A stretch of 26,344 nt of DNA from Thermovirgaceae bacterium (GTDB taxonomy: Bacteria > Synergistota > Synergistia > Synergistales > Thermovirgaceae): the NCBI GenBank assembly GCA_046542505.1, contig JBKHBH010000025.1, positions 1-26,344 of the forward strand. The letters run 5' to 3'. The notes under the pieces are model-generated. The model ran no database searches, had not been told where the DNA came from, and saw only the letters and a program-made list of their open reading frames with translations. The position numbers and the translations under genes were made by a program. The first letter of the stretch is position 1; the number at the start of each line of letters is the position of its first letter. This document shows positions 1 to 10,288 of this stretch, piece by piece.

Positions 1-114
1 ACCGACTGCCGCCTGTTTCAGACGACCTTTTTACAGCAGTTTAGGGGCTCGATCCATGCGGGGACACCTTCGCAAAGTTCTTCCCTGGAAGACATATTAC
101 GTGAAATACGCTGA
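1..114 (+). CDS. possible 3' end of an unidentified upstream gene (partial)
   Basis: Frame 1 is open from the window edge to TGA 112-114 (...SSSLEDILREIR*) and converges on livF; a weak hairpin with a T-run follows at 148-173. No recognisable motif. Confidence 0.25.
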   Translation, partial: TDCRLFQTTFLQQFRGSIHAGTPSQSSSLEDILREIR

Positions 115-172
115 TTGGCAAACACGAAGTGCCCGGGGGGAAAACGCTCTGGAAAAGATTTTTTCTGGATTT

Positions 173-892
173 TCACATCCCCATGTACGCCTTGCGGACT
201 TCCTCAGAATCGAGCAGTTCCTGTGCCGTTCCGGAATGAACGATCTGACCCGTCTGGATGACGTAGCCTCTGTGCGCTATCTCAAGAGCTTCCTGCACCA
301 TCTGTTCGACTAGTAGTATCGTTTTCCCCGCCTTGTTGATCTCGACGATGGTTTCCATGACTTTCTCCACAAGAGCGGGCATCAGGCCGAGCGACATCTC
401 ATCTATCATGAGGAGTTCGGGCTCGCACATCAGGCCTCTCGCGATAGCGAGCATCTGCTGTTCGCCACCACTCATGGTTTCGGCAAGTTGCTTCTGGCGT
501 TTTTCGAGGATCGGGAAAAGACTGAAGACCTTTTCGAGCCGGGATTCAATGGCCAACCGATCCTTTTCAATGAAGGCACCAAGTTCGAGGTTTTCCCGCA
601 CCGTCAACTTGGCAAAAAGACGCCTTCCCTCGGGAACGTAGCTTATGCCTTTTTTGATCGTGTCATGGGCGGATGTACGACTGATATCCTCTCCGCGGAA
701 GAAGATCTTTCCGCTGAAAGGATGTATCGTGCCCGCGATGGTCCGCATCGTCGTCGTTTTCCCCGCGCCGTTGGCACCAACGATGGCGACCAGCTCACCG
801 GGGAACACCTCCAGGGAGACTCCGAAAATCACTGGAATACCGCCGTATCCGCTTCGGATGTTCTCGACTTTCAGGATCGGCTCATTACTCAT
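173..892 (-). CDS. livF: LIV-family ABC transporter ATP-binding subunit (LivF-like)
   Basis: Walker A GANGAGKT, YVPEGRRLF, signature MSGGEQQMLAIAR, Walker B LMIDE, LLVEQ. Start moved to ATG 892 (MSNEPILK) after AAGGAAGG; overlaps the livG stop. Confidence 0.9.
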   Translation of the reverse strand: MSNEPILKVENIRSGYGGIPVIFGVSLEVFPGELVAIVGANGAGKTTTMRTIAGTIHPFSGKIFFRGEDISRTSAHDTIKKGISYVPEGRRLFAKLTVRENLELGAFIEKDRLAIESRLEKVFSLFPILEKRQKQLAETMSGGEQQMLAIARGLMCEPELLMIDEMSLGLMPALVEKVMETIVEINKAGKTILLVEQMVQEALEIAHRGYVIQTGQIVHSGTAQELLDSEEVRKAYMGM

Positions 893-1649
893 TGTTCTCA
901 GCCTTCCTTGTTTGTTTTTCCTTGATTCTTCTGCTGTATTTTTCACCGAAGTAGGCCTTGATGACCTGTTCGTCGTTTATGATTTCCTCCGGCGGACCGT
1001 CGGCGATCTTGACTCCGCCGTCAAGAACAATGACCTTGTCCGCAATGGGCATGATCGCTTCCATGATATGCTCCACAACGAGAAGTGTGACTCCCCTGTC
1101 ACGAATGCGGCGGATCAGATCGACGGCTTCGCGGATCTCCGTGGTGGTGAGCCCGGCCATGGCTTCGTCGAGCATCAGGAGTTTCGGATCCGTTGCCAGT
1201 GCACGGGCGACCTCGAGTCGTTTCTTTTGACCGATTGTGAGGTCTCCCGCTTGTTTTCCGGCGATTTCCTCCAGGTGACAATCAGTGATGCACTTTTTCG
1301 CCGCTTCATAAGCAGCATCGGGGTCGGCCACCCTCAGGAACGCACCGACCAGGACATTGTCGAGCACGCTCATTTCATTAAACGGGTGCACTACCTGAAA
1401 GGTGCGTACGGCACCTCTTTGCGTCATCCTGTGGGCGGGCAAGTCTGTGACGTCTTCTCCATTGTAAAGGACCTGTCCGTCTGTAACCTTGTAAAACCCT
1501 GAGATGCAGTTGAAAAGAGTCGTCTTTCCGGCTCCATTGGGCCCTATGAGTCCGACGATCTGTCCTTGTTCTATCGAAAAGCTTACCGAATCGTTTGCCA
1601 CCAGGGATCCGAACTTTTTCGTAATGTTTTGGATTTCAAGGAGGGACAC
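885..1649 (-). CDS. livG: LIV-family ABC transporter ATP-binding subunit (LivG-like)
   Basis: GPNGAGKTTLFN, VRTFQ, KRLEVARALA, LMLDE, VEH, C-terminal VIKAYFG. GTG start after GAAGGGGG. Confidence 0.9.
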   Translation of the reverse strand: MSLLEIQNITKKFGSLVANDSVSFSIEQGQIVGLIGPNGAGKTTLFNCISGFYKVTDGQVLYNGEDVTDLPAHRMTQRGAVRTFQVVHPFNEMSVLDNVLVGAFLRVADPDAAYEAAKKCITDCHLEEIAGKQAGDLTIGQKKRLEVARALATDPKLLMLDEAMAGLTTTEIREAVDLIRRIRDRGVTLLVVEHIMEAIMPIADKVIVLDGGVKIADGPPEEIINDEQVIKAYFGEKYSRRIKEKQTRKAENNE

Positions 1650-1650
1650 G

Positions 1651-2655
1651 TTATTCGCCCCCTTCTTGGTTCATCGACTTTTTCCGGCGCCATTTCACGA
1701 AATCGTTCATAAGGCCCATTATGCCCCTGGGCTGTTTGACAACGACAACGATAATGAGCAACCCGAAGATAATCAGATCCACTCCGCCTCCCATTCCACC
1801 CCAGAAGGCGCGTGTGTACTCCTGCAAAGGCACAAGAACTGCTGCGCCGAGAAGTGGTCCGAAGAGTGTCCCTGAACCGCCGAGAATTGTGACCAGAACG
1901 AATTTCATCGACATGTCGAGGGACATGACCATGGGCGGATCCACACGGTAATTATACTGAGCGAAAAAAGCCCCGCACAGGGCGGCCAAGGCGGCGGAAA
2001 CCGCCATTGCGCAAAGCTTCGTCTTCGTGCTGTCCACGCCCAGGGCTTCAGCCGTTTCCTGCCCCTCCCGGACCGCACGCAGGTAATACCCGATCCTGTG
2101 CCGCTCCATCCATCGGACGATGCCGAAGACGATAACGAAGATTATCAGCGCACCGTAATAATACCCGACTTTCGACTGGTACCAGGTAAAGCTGGCCAGC
2201 CCCTGATCCTGTATGGAATAGTCCAGGCCTATGGCTCCGCCGACCCAGTACCAGACCATGAAGAGCCTGTTGAATATTTCGACAATGGCAAACGTCGCGA
2301 TAGCGAAATAGTGACCCGAAAGCCTGAAAACAGGCCAACTGATTAGAACGCCTGCTGCCGCTGCCAGAACAACCCCGACGGCCATTCCCGGCCAGGGAGT
2401 CAGGCCGTACTTGACGACGGCCATGCCTGCTCCGTAAGCTCCTATTCCAAAGAATACGGAGTGTCCGAAGGAAACCTGCCCGCAGTATCCGCCGATAATG
2501 TTCCATGCCTGTGACATGCTGGCCATGAGGAAAACCATGAGGATAACATGCATCGTCAACGAGTTTTCGCGAATCGCGGAAACAGCCGGCAATAGTGCGG
2601 AAAGGGCGATGAAGCCCAAAAGCACCAGGTCTTTTCTTTCAATAGTTTTTTTCAT
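1651..2655 (-). CDS. livM: LIV-family ABC transporter permease (LivM-like)
   Basis: WNIIGGYCGQVSFGHSVFFGIGAY, RLSGHYFAIAT, LRAVRE..AEALGV, ILGGSGTLFGPLLGA, PRGIMG; many TM segments. Start ATG 2655 after GGTGGTGA. Confidence 0.88.
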   Translation of the reverse strand: MKKTIERKDLVLLGFIALSALLPAVSAIRENSLTMHVILMVFLMASMSQAWNIIGGYCGQVSFGHSVFFGIGAYGAGMAVVKYGLTPWPGMAVGVVLAAAAGVLISWPVFRLSGHYFAIATFAIVEIFNRLFMVWYWVGGAIGLDYSIQDQGLASFTWYQSKVGYYYGALIIFVIVFGIVRWMERHRIGYYLRAVREGQETAEALGVDSTKTKLCAMAVSAALAALCGAFFAQYNYRVDPPMVMSLDMSMKFVLVTILGGSGTLFGPLLGAAVLVPLQEYTRAFWGGMGGGVDLIIFGLLIIVVVVKQPRGIMGLMNDFVKWRRKKSMNQEGGE

Positions 2656-2662
2656 TGGGCAA

Positions 2663-3523
2663 TCACCACCCGAAAAGGCCACGAGGCCTGAACATGACCA
2701 CTAGCAGATAAAGTGCAAAAACGGCTACATACTTGAACACTGGGGCTATGTAAAAGCCGCTCAAGGCCTCTACCAGGCCGATGAGAAGTGCCGCCAGCAA
2801 GGCTCCGGGAATGCTTCCGAATCCTCCCATCGCAACAATTACAAAGGCAAGAAGCCCGAAAAGAAGCCCCACTTCAGGATGTACAGCCAGATAGGATGGG
2901 AGAAGCCCGCCGGCGATTCCGACGCAGGCTCCACCAAGACCGAAAACAAACAGGTAGATCTTTTCCGTATCAATTCCCATCAATTCCGCCGCTTCCTTGT
3001 CCATTGCCGTGGCCTGGACCGCCCAGCCGAGGCGGGTCTTTTTGATCATATAATAGACGAGGAAAACGACGATCAAGGCCAATAAACCGGTAGCAACCTG
3101 CGGAACAGGCAAAACAACGTCTCCAAGCGCCAGGGTTTTCCCGCCGAGAACTGTTTCCGACAAAAGACGGAAGTTCGGTGAAAACCTGTTCAGGCAAAAG
3201 TTTTTTAATACCATGGACAAACCGAAAGTGGCCAGCAGCGCGGAAATTACAGAACGGCCTATGGTGTGCTTGATGATCAGCCGATAGGTAAGCGCCCCGA
3301 TCAAAAAGAGAAAAGCTCCTGAAACGATCCAGGAAAAGACTGGATCGATCCCCAGAAGCGCTCCGAGCCAGAAACTCGTGTACATTGCTACCATGAGATA
3401 GTCGCCGTGGGCGAAATTGATGACATCCATGACACCCCAGATCAGGCTCAGGCCTGTCGCAACAAGGGCATAGATCATGCCGTTTAAGACGCCGTCGGCG
3501 ACGACTTGCACGAAATCAGACAT
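2663..3523 (-). CDS. livH: LIV-family ABC transporter permease (LivH-like)
   Basis: YALVATGLSLIWGVMDVINFAHG, KTRLGWAVQATAMD..AAELMGI, MGGFGSIPGA, RPRGLFG; SD GAGGTG upstream. Confidence 0.9.
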   Translation of the reverse strand: MSDFVQVVADGVLNGMIYALVATGLSLIWGVMDVINFAHGDYLMVAMYTSFWLGALLGIDPVFSWIVSGAFLFLIGALTYRLIIKHTIGRSVISALLATFGLSMVLKNFCLNRFSPNFRLLSETVLGGKTLALGDVVLPVPQVATGLLALIVVFLVYYMIKKTRLGWAVQATAMDKEAAELMGIDTEKIYLFVFGLGGACVGIAGGLLPSYLAVHPEVGLLFGLLAFVIVAMGGFGSIPGALLAALLIGLVEALSGFYIAPVFKYVAVFALYLLVVMFRPRGLFGW

Positions 3524-3571
3524 GGGTGAACCACCTCATCCGTTTCACGATTCAACGTTTTCTGCCTTGAC

Positions 3572-3615
3572 AGGCGGCAGGCAGCAGAGAAAGGGTTTCC
3601 TGCTGCCTGCCGCCT
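3572..3615. repeat. long GC-rich inverted repeat (stem-loop) between the binding-protein gene and the first permease gene
   Basis: AGGCGGCAGGCAGCAG (3572-3587) pairs perfectly with CTGCTGCCTGCCGCCT (3600-3615), extended by GAAA/TTTC after a bulge. No U-tract follows on the transcribed (minus) strand. Confidence 0.8.
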
Positions 3616-3666
3616 TGATAATGGTGTGCGATCTTCTCGGTTTTGGTTGTCCGATACTTTGGAGCT

Positions 3667-4938
3667 TTACCTTTCGTCCCAGGGTACCATGGGGATGACC
3701 GGATCAGCCTGTTTGTACTTTTCCGGGTAAATAATCGTGTACTCTCCGCCCTGAAGCTGTGTCAGGAAGCTCCTGGCCCGGATGTTCTGGCCGCCCGGGG
3801 CGAACTCGACCTTTCCGCCCAGTGAAAGGGGTGATTCCCATACGTTTTCGTGAAGGGTTTTCGAAACAGTGTCAGAGTCAAGCGTACCGGCCTTCTCGAT
3901 TGCCTGCGCGAGGACAAGCATGGCGACGGCTTCCTGGATGCTGTCGCTGTCGAAGGGAACGCTGGGACTCGTCTTGTCCTTGTAGATTGCTTCGACAGGG
4001 GCTACATCGGGCATCAGATTGGCAAACTGAGGTGCATAACCCATCCCACCCGCGAAATAATTGGCATCGTCTCCGAGTTGTTCGGTGATCATCGGATCCT
4101 GATAGCCGGTGCAGTAGTTCAGTGCGGCTTTCGGGAGCCATTTAACCTGTTTCATGGTGCGAACCCAGAGGGTATAGTCACCACCCAGGCAAGCGCCGAA
4201 CACGACATCGGGATCCGCCGATTTCAGCGTCTTGACTTCGCTGTCCATGCTTGTGGCTCCCGGGTTGAAGGAAACATCCGCCACGACTTCAAAGCCGGCC
4301 TCCTTTGCGGCCGCTTTTCCCTCGTCTGCTGCATGTTTGCCGAATTCGGTGTTCTCGTAAATGAGACCGATGGTCTCCAGATCAGTACCCAACGTCTCGT
4401 TTGACCATTTCATGAATTCCACAAACTCGTGGGATTCCGTCTTGTCCGTCGGAGCCATCCTGAAGAAGTACTTGAAGTCACGTTCCGTCAGAGCCGCTGA
4501 ACTTGAACAGCCGCACATGAAAATCTTCTTCTGCATCTCCGCGACGAAGCTTGCAGGTTTTGTGACTGCGCTGTTGTAACTGCCGATGATGGCGTACACT
4601 TTTTCCTGATTGAAAAGGCGTTCCGCTTCGGACTTCCCGACGTCAGGCTTGCCCTGGTGATCGGCGTGGACAAGTACGATTTTGTGTCCGTCAAGAATTC
4701 CTTCCTGCCCCGCGAGAGGAATGTTCATGTCCGGATAGGAATTATTGATCACTTCCACGGCCGATTCGACAGCCGCCCTGCACCTCTGGCCTGCCGTTGC
4801 ACAGGCTCCTGAGAGGGGGAAAAGGGTTCCGATTTTGATCACCTTTTCCTCCGCAAACCCTGCTCCGGCAAAGACGCCGCCAAGCAATACCGCAACCGCC
4901 AAAACCGCAAGAAAACGCTTTGGTGCACATTGTTTCAT
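3667..4938 (-). CDS. LIV-family ABC transporter substrate-binding protein (PBP1 fold), ligand unknown
   Basis: Signal peptide (MKQCAPKRFLAVLAVAVLLGGVFAGAGFA), IKIGTLFPLSG, AIIGSYNSAVT, FFRMAP, YENTEFG; strong SD AAGGAGGAGG; first gene of the liv-like cluster. Confidence 0.88.
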   Translation of the reverse strand: MKQCAPKRFLAVLAVAVLLGGVFAGAGFAEEKVIKIGTLFPLSGACATAGQRCRAAVESAVEVINNSYPDMNIPLAGQEGILDGHKIVLVHADHQGKPDVGKSEAERLFNQEKVYAIIGSYNSAVTKPASFVAEMQKKIFMCGCSSSAALTERDFKYFFRMAPTDKTESHEFVEFMKWSNETLGTDLETIGLIYENTEFGKHAADEGKAAAKEAGFEVVADVSFNPGATSMDSEVKTLKSADPDVVFGACLGGDYTLWVRTMKQVKWLPKAALNYCTGYQDPMITEQLGDDANYFAGGMGYAPQFANLMPDVAPVEAIYKDKTSPSVPFDSDSIQEAVAMLVLAQAIEKAGTLDSDTVSKTLHENVWESPLSLGGKVEFAPGGQNIRARSFLTQLQGGEYTIIYPEKYKQADPVIPMVPWDER

Positions 4939-5017
4939 GCTGCTCCTCCTCCTTTCTGTATCACCACATGATGCATAGACTGCCTTGTTAACCCAATACC
5001 AGTTCCGGGTAAAAAAG

Positions 5018-5046
5018 TTGACATTTATTTTAGAAGGCTAAATAAT
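5018..5046 (+). promoter_or_regulatory. sigma70-type promoter of the pur operon
   Basis: Perfect -35 TTGACA (5018-5023), 17-nt spacer, -10 AATAAT (5041-5046), upstream A-tract; SD AGGTGA before ATG 5087. Confidence 0.65.
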
Positions 5047-5086
5047 GTCAGGTATAAAATCAACAAAGAAAGCCAGGTGATCTCTT

Positions 5087-5809
5087 ATGCAAACCTGCCG
5101 GCCGCTTTATGAAGGCAAAGCAAAAAAACTTTTTCAAAGCAACGACCCGCAGCAACTCGTTCTTGAATACAAAGACACCTTCACTGCGTTTAATGCACAG
5201 AAAAAATCCTCAGAAGAAGGAAAAGGAACCCTCAACAACCTCATAAGCACCAACCTTTTTGAACGGTTATCAAGAACAGGTATCAAAACGCACTTTATTC
5301 AAATGCTAGACAATAAGCGCCAACTTGTCAAAAAAACGCGTATTGTTCCCCTGGAGGTTGTCCTGCGCAACATGACGGCGGGGTCTCTTTGCAAAAGACT
5401 TGGTGTTCCGGAAGGCATGAAACTCGACCCCGCGCTTGTCGAGTTTTACCTCAAGGATGATTCCCTTGGTGATCCTATAGTGACCGAAGACCAGGCTGTC
5501 GCCTTTGGATGGACATCCCGCGAGGAGATAGAAGAAATGAAGTCAATAACACGGAGGGTTAACGATATCCTTTGCGACATCTTCGCTTTGAAAAACATTC
5601 GCCTTATAGATTTCAAGCTGGAATTCGGGCGCACGGACGAAGGCGAGCTCGTAGTAGCCGACGAAATCTCTCCCGATACCTGCCGTTTCCAGGATGCCTC
5701 CAGCGGAGACAGCCTGGACAAGGACCGATTCCGGAAAGACATGGGAAACGTGCTCGGGGCCTACAGGGAAATTTGGCGGCGTTTGTCCGGCGAGGGGGAT
5801 GAATCGTGA
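5087..5809 (+). CDS. purC: SAICAR synthetase
   Basis: LYEGKAKKLF, KDTFTAFN, PLEVVLRN..AGS, DFKLEFG, ADEISPDTCR, DKDRFR. Confidence 0.97.
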   Translation: MQTCRPLYEGKAKKLFQSNDPQQLVLEYKDTFTAFNAQKKSSEEGKGTLNNLISTNLFERLSRTGIKTHFIQMLDNKRQLVKKTRIVPLEVVLRNMTAGSLCKRLGVPEGMKLDPALVEFYLKDDSLGDPIVTEDQAVAFGWTSREEIEEMKSITRRVNDILCDIFALKNIRLIDFKLEFGRTDEGELVVADEISPDTCRFQDASSGDSLDKDRFRKDMGNVLGAYREIWRRLSGEGDES

Positions 5810-6060
5810 ACTATACCGTAGAAGTACTGGTTTATCTGAAAGAGGGAGTTCTTGATACACAGGGGAAAGCCGTCAGGCAATCTCTGTGCAGGCTTGGTTT
5901 TGAGGAACTCAAGGAAGTTCGCGTCGGAAAGTACATACAATTGCTCATCAACGCCAAAAGCACCGATGAAGCGAAAACCCTGGGTGAAAAAATGTGCTCC
6001 GAGCTTCTCGTGAATGAGTTGATCGAAGATTTCAAAGTAAAGGTAGTCGACTGTTCATGA
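5806..6060 (+). CDS. purS: FGAM synthase subunit PurS
   Basis: 84 aa, LKEGVLDTQGKAV, VRVGKY, LLVNELIEDF; GTGA overlap with the purC stop. Confidence 0.93.
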   Translation: MNYTVEVLVYLKEGVLDTQGKAVRQSLCRLGFEELKEVRVGKYIQLLINAKSTDEAKTLGEKMCSELLVNELIEDFKVKVVDCS

Positions 6061-6767
6061 GGGCCGCAGTCATCGTCTTTCCGGGAAGCAATTGCGACAG
6101 GGACGTGGTACATTCGCTCCAGACCACTGTCGGGGCGAAAACCGAAAGAGTCTGGCATGAATCACAGGATCTCCCCGGCAATGTGGACCTCGTTGTTCTC
6201 CCCGGCGGGTTTTCTTACGGCGATTATCTTCGCTGTGGAGCCATGGCCGCACGAACGCCGATCATGAATTCCGTCCGACGTTTCGCGGAAGGGGGCGGAC
6301 TCGTCCTTGGAATCTGCAACGGCTTTCAGGTACTTACCGAATTGCGGCTTTTGCCTGGAGCAATCCTGGCAAACAACAGCCTGACATTTATCTGCAAAAG
6401 ATGCACCGTTCGCGTCGAACAGACGGATACACCCTTCACTCTTTGCTGCCGTCCTGGACAGGTACTTGACATGCCCATTGCCCATCATGAAGGACTTTAT
6501 TTTTTGCCTGAAATGGACCTGCAACGTCTCAGGGAAGAAAACCGCGTCGTTTTCAGATATTGCGCCCCCGAAGGGACACTTGGCGCATCCTCAAACCCCA
6601 ACGGTGCAGTGGACCACATTGCGGGAATTGTCAATGAAAGGGGCAACATCCTGGGTCTGATGCCCCACCCTGAACGTGCTTCAGAGAAGATCCTCGGTTC
6701 AGAGGACGGAACTTTCATATGGGAATCCCTCCGTACCTGGCTTGAAAAAGGAGGCCGCCGCAAATGA
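6057..6767 (+). CDS. purQ: FGAM synthase glutaminase subunit
   Basis: [28 protein letters not shown] (catalytic Cys), [12 protein letters not shown]. Confidence 0.97.
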   Translation: MRAAVIVFPGSNCDRDVVHSLQTTVGAKTERVWHESQDLPGNVDLVVLPGGFSYGDYLRCGAMAARTPIMNSVRRFAEGGGLVLGICNGFQVLTELRLLPGAILANNSLTFICKRCTVRVEQTDTPFTLCCRPGQVLDMPIAHHEGLYFLPEMDLQRLREENRVVFRYCAPEGTLGASSNPNGAVDHIAGIVNERGNILGLMPHPERASEKILGSEDGTFIWESLRTWLEKGGRRK

Positions 6768-8902
6768 ATTACAGAAAATTTGGACTCCGAAAAGAAGAAT
6801 ACGAAATCATCCGCCACGAGCTCGGAAGGGAACCCAATGAGGCCGAACTGCGGATCATGGGAGTCATGTGGTCGGAGCATTGCAGCTACAAGTCAACGAA
6901 GGCGCTGCTGAAAAATTTGCCCTCAAGAGGAGAGCATGTCATTCAGGGTCCGGGAGAAAATGCCGGGATCGTAGACATCGGGGACGGGCTTGCCATCGCC
7001 TTCAAAGTCGAAAGCCACAATCATCCTTCTGCCGTGGCACCGTACCAGGGTGCCGCCACCGGAGTCGGCGGAATTATCCGCGACGTACTCGCCATGGGGG
7101 CCTGGCCCATGGCATGCATGGATGGCCTTTTTTTCGGCGACCCGTCGAATGAGAAAACGGCGGGCCTCATGCAGGGAGTCGTTTCAGGGATAGGAGGATA
7201 CGGAAACGCCGTTGGTGTCCCCACAGTGGGGGGCAAGACGGGCTTCGATGATTGTTATGACGGAAACCCCCTTGTCAATGCGATGTGCGTAGGCCTCGTA
7301 CGGCATGAAAAGATCATCCGCTCGAATACGGCGAAACCGGGGCACCTCGCCGTGCTGCTTGGTTCCCGTACGGGCCGTGACGGCATCGCCGGCGCCGCAT
7401 TTGCATCGGCGGGTCTCGAGGAAGACACCAAGGAAAGCCGCCCACAGGTACAAATCGGCGACCCTTTTGTGGAAAAGCTTGTTATCGAATGCTGTCATGA
7501 ATTGATCGACCTTGGACTGATCATAAGTATGCAGGATATGGGAGCAGCGGGCATAACCTCCTCTGCAAGCGAGGTAGCTGCAAAGAGCGGGACTGGAGTT
7601 GTCATCGAAGCCGATCAGGTCCCCCTGAGAGAGCCCGGCATGAATGCCTGGGAAATAGCCCTTTCAGAATCCCAGGAACGAATGCTGCTCATTATAGATG
7701 CCTCTGATTTCGGAAAAGTCGAAGAATCTGCCAGAAAATGGAACCTCGAGTGCGCCGTCATTGGAAAAATGACCGACGACGGCCGTTTCAGGATGACTGA
7801 AAAGGGAAAAACCATCGTGGATCTTTCGACCCCCCTCGTTGGAGGCGGATGCCCCGAAATACGCTGGCCTTTTTCACCTTCACCGAAACCACAAAGAAAA
7901 CCGTGCCCCGTCGACCAAACAGTTGACTGGAAGGCACATCTGCTCGACCTTCTTTCTTCCTTCAACCTGAGAGACAAGTCGCCGATATATGAGCAGTATG
8001 ATCACATGGTGCAGATCAACACTGTCGCACCACCCGGCGGCCCCGTCTCCGTAATCCGTATAAAGGGCATGAAGCGAATGGTTGCATTGACAATGGATTC
8101 CGATCCCTGGACATGTGATCTGGACCCCTTTATGGGTGGCGCCGAAACGTTCATGAAGGCGTCCCGGCCTCTCTCGGTTTGCGGAGCAAAACTTCTCGGT
8201 GCAACGGATTGCCTGAACTACCCGTCTCCCGAAAAACCCGAAAATTTTTGGGCTCTCGCCGAATCCGTCGAGGGTTTGGCCGCCGCGGCGAGGGCAATGG
8301 ATTGCCCGGTGGTTTCCGGCAACGTCAGTCTTTACAACGAATCCCCCGGGAGAAAAATCTATCCCTCCCCGGTCGTCGGTCTTGTAGGCTTACTCGGACA
8401 AGAGACTGAATACCTTTCCCACGGATCATGGAAGGAAGGAGACACGCTCTTTCTTGTTGGCCCCGCGACGGGCACAACAGCCGGAAGCATGTCGCAACGG
8501 CTTCTTGACGGGAAACCCTCCGGGATACCCTGGAAATTCGATGCCAGGCTTGAAAAGACTTTCTGCAAAAAAGCCCTGGAAACGGCGCATCGCCGTTTGG
8601 CATCCTCTGGACGGGCAATCGCCGGTGGCGGGCTTTCAACAGCCCTTGCAAAAGAGTCGGTCTCATCTGGCATAGGAGCCCGTATCGAACCAAAAGGACT
8701 GGAAAACCCCTTTGGTGTTTTCTTCGGCGAGGGCGGGCCGAGGGCTGTTTATGCCGTTTCGGGGGAAAGGGCAGGAGAATTCTGCGACCTCTGGGCGTCT
8801 TTTGGGTGCAGACGCATTGGACATGCCTCGGGCAAAGAGCTCTGCATCGAAGGATATTTCTGTTTGACACTGGACGACCTTCTGGTCGTCTGGAAGGGGT
8901 GA
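6764..8902 (+). CDS. purL: FGAM synthase small-type PurL
   Basis: [53 protein letters not shown]. Confidence 0.97.
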   Translation: MNYRKFGLRKEEYEIIRHELGREPNEAELRIMGVMWSEHCSYKSTKALLKNLPSRGEHVIQGPGENAGIVDIGDGLAIAFKVESHNHPSAVAPYQGAATGVGGIIRDVLAMGAWPMACMDGLFFGDPSNEKTAGLMQGVVSGIGGYGNAVGVPTVGGKTGFDDCYDGNPLVNAMCVGLVRHEKIIRSNTAKPGHLAVLLGSRTGRDGIAGAAFASAGLEEDTKESRPQVQIGDPFVEKLVIECCHELIDLGLIISMQDMGAAGITSSASEVAAKSGTGVVIEADQVPLREPGMNAWEIALSESQERMLLIIDASDFGKVEESARKWNLECAVIGKMTDDGRFRMTEKGKTIVDLSTPLVGGGCPEIRWPFSPSPKPQRKPCPVDQTVDWKAHLLDLLSSFNLRDKSPIYEQYDHMVQINTVAPPGGPVSVIRIKGMKRMVALTMDSDPWTCDLDPFMGGAETFMKASRPLSVCGAKLLGATDCLNYPSPEKPENFWALAESVEGLAAAARAMDCPVVSGNVSLYNESPGRKIYPSPVVGLVGLLGQETEYLSHGSWKEGDTLFLVGPATGTTAGSMSQRLLDGKPSGIPWKFDARLEKTFCKKALETAHRRLASSGRAIAGGGLSTALAKESVSSGIGARIEPKGLENPFGVFFGEGGPRAVYAVSGERAGEFCDLWASFGCRRIGHASGKELCIEGYFCLTLDDLLVVWKG

Positions 8903-8908
8903 GGACTC

Positions 8909-10288
8909 ATGTGCGGTGTCTTCGGCGCTTTTTCCGGTGATGGTCACTCCGTCCTGGAAGATGTTTATCTCGGGCTCTATGCCCTTCAACACCGCGGACA
9001 GGAAACGGCCGGAATCGCCTGGAACGACAGCCCGGGCTACGGAAGCGCGCATGCCATGCGAGGAACCGGACTTGTCCACACCGCCCTGGACCAGAGGGAA
9101 TTGTCATCCATTTCTTCTCGCGTGGCCATAGGCCATGTGCGATACTCCACAGCAGGGGGATCCGGTTTTTCAAATGCTCAGCCCATCACGGCCAATTATG
9201 CACGTGGAGCTGTTGCAATCGCCCATAACGGTAATATCACCAACGCAACAGGCATACGTCAGTACCTGGAGAACCGCGGCGCCATCTTTCAATCCACTAG
9301 CGATACGGAAACGATTCTTCACCTGATGGCCCACCAGTCCCACAAGCCGCCTCTGGATGCCCTCGTCGGTGCCCTGCGTCTTTTGCGAGGAGCCTACAGC
9401 CTTGCCGTTCTTCTCGGCGACAGACTGGTGGCAGCACGTGATCCATGGGGGTTCCGACCGTTGGTCATAGGCCGCCGCGAGGAAGTTACCTATGTAGCAT
9501 CCGAAAGCTGCGCCCTTGATATCGTGGGGGCCGAGATCGTGAGAGACGTGGAACCAGGTGAGATTCTTGTCATCGACAAGACGGGGATGAAAAGCCTCAG
9601 GATTCCCGTAACACCGCGCAGAAGACACCTTTGCGCCTTCGAATACGTCTACTTCGCCCGGCCTGACAGTGTCATAGACGGACGTTCCGTCTACGCTGTC
9701 CGCAAGTCTCTTGGCTGCAATCTCGCAAAAGACAGCCCCTGCCCGAAAGCGGATATGACTACGGGAATGCCTGACAGCGGGACCATTTCGGCGATCGGCT
9801 ATGCAGAAGCTTCCGGACTTCCCTACGAAAAAACCATTGTCAGGAACAGGTACGTCGGAAGGACCTTCATCGAACCGACACAGCGCGTCAGGGACCTGGG
9901 CGTCAGGATCAAACTCAACCCCATCGGCAACATGATCGACAACAAGAGCATCGTTGTTGTCGACGACTCGATTGTCAGGGGCACCACTGTCCAGAGGGTC
10001 ATTTCCGTGATCAGGGATTCAGGAGCCCGTGAAGTTCATGTTCGCATTGCTTCTCCACCCGTCAGGTTCCCTTGTTATTACGGGATTGATACTCCTACCT
10101 GCGAGGAGCTTGCCGCGGCGAGGATGGACACTGAAACGCTGTGCAAAAGCATCGGTGCAGATTCTCTCGCCTATATCAGCGTAAATGACATGATCGACGC
10201 CATAGGACTTCCTGCTTCCGATGTCTGCACCGCCTGTTTTACAGGGGAATATCTCCAGGGAGGCGACGATTATGAGATGGACCTATAA
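8909..10288 (+). CDS. purF: amidophosphoribosyltransferase (Fe-S type, no propeptide)
   Basis: N-terminal MCG, LQHRGQE, GHVRYST, HNGN, VDDSIVRGTT; Fe-S Cys in CAFEY, PCYYG and CTAC. Confidence 0.97.
   Translation: MCGVFGAFSGDGHSVLEDVYLGLYALQHRGQETAGIAWNDSPGYGSAHAMRGTGLVHTALDQRELSSISSRVAIGHVRYSTAGGSGFSNAQPITANYARGAVAIAHNGNITNATGIRQYLENRGAIFQSTSDTETILHLMAHQSHKPPLDALVGALRLLRGAYSLAVLLGDRLVAARDPWGFRPLVIGRREEVTYVASESCALDIVGAEIVRDVEPGEILVIDKTGMKSLRIPVTPRRRHLCAFEYVYFARPDSVIDGRSVYAVRKSLGCNLAKDSPCPKADMTTGMPDSGTISAIGYAEASGLPYEKTIVRNRYVGRTFIEPTQRVRDLGVRIKLNPIGNMIDNKSIVVVDDSIVRGTTVQRVISVIRDSGAREVHVRIASPPVRFPCYYGIDTPTCEELAAARMDTETLCKSIGADSLAYISVNDMIDAIGLPASDVCTACFTGEYLQGGDDYEMDL

Noticed and set aside
645..1502. 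285-aa plus-strand ORF and other long ORFs opposite the liv genes (488-925, 3850-4404)
   Set aside because: Antisense shadows of well-supported ABC transporter genes; no motifs or SD.
4939..5086. Purine or ZTP riboswitch upstream of purC
   Set aside because: The predicted leader is too short and no aptamer core or terminator is visible.
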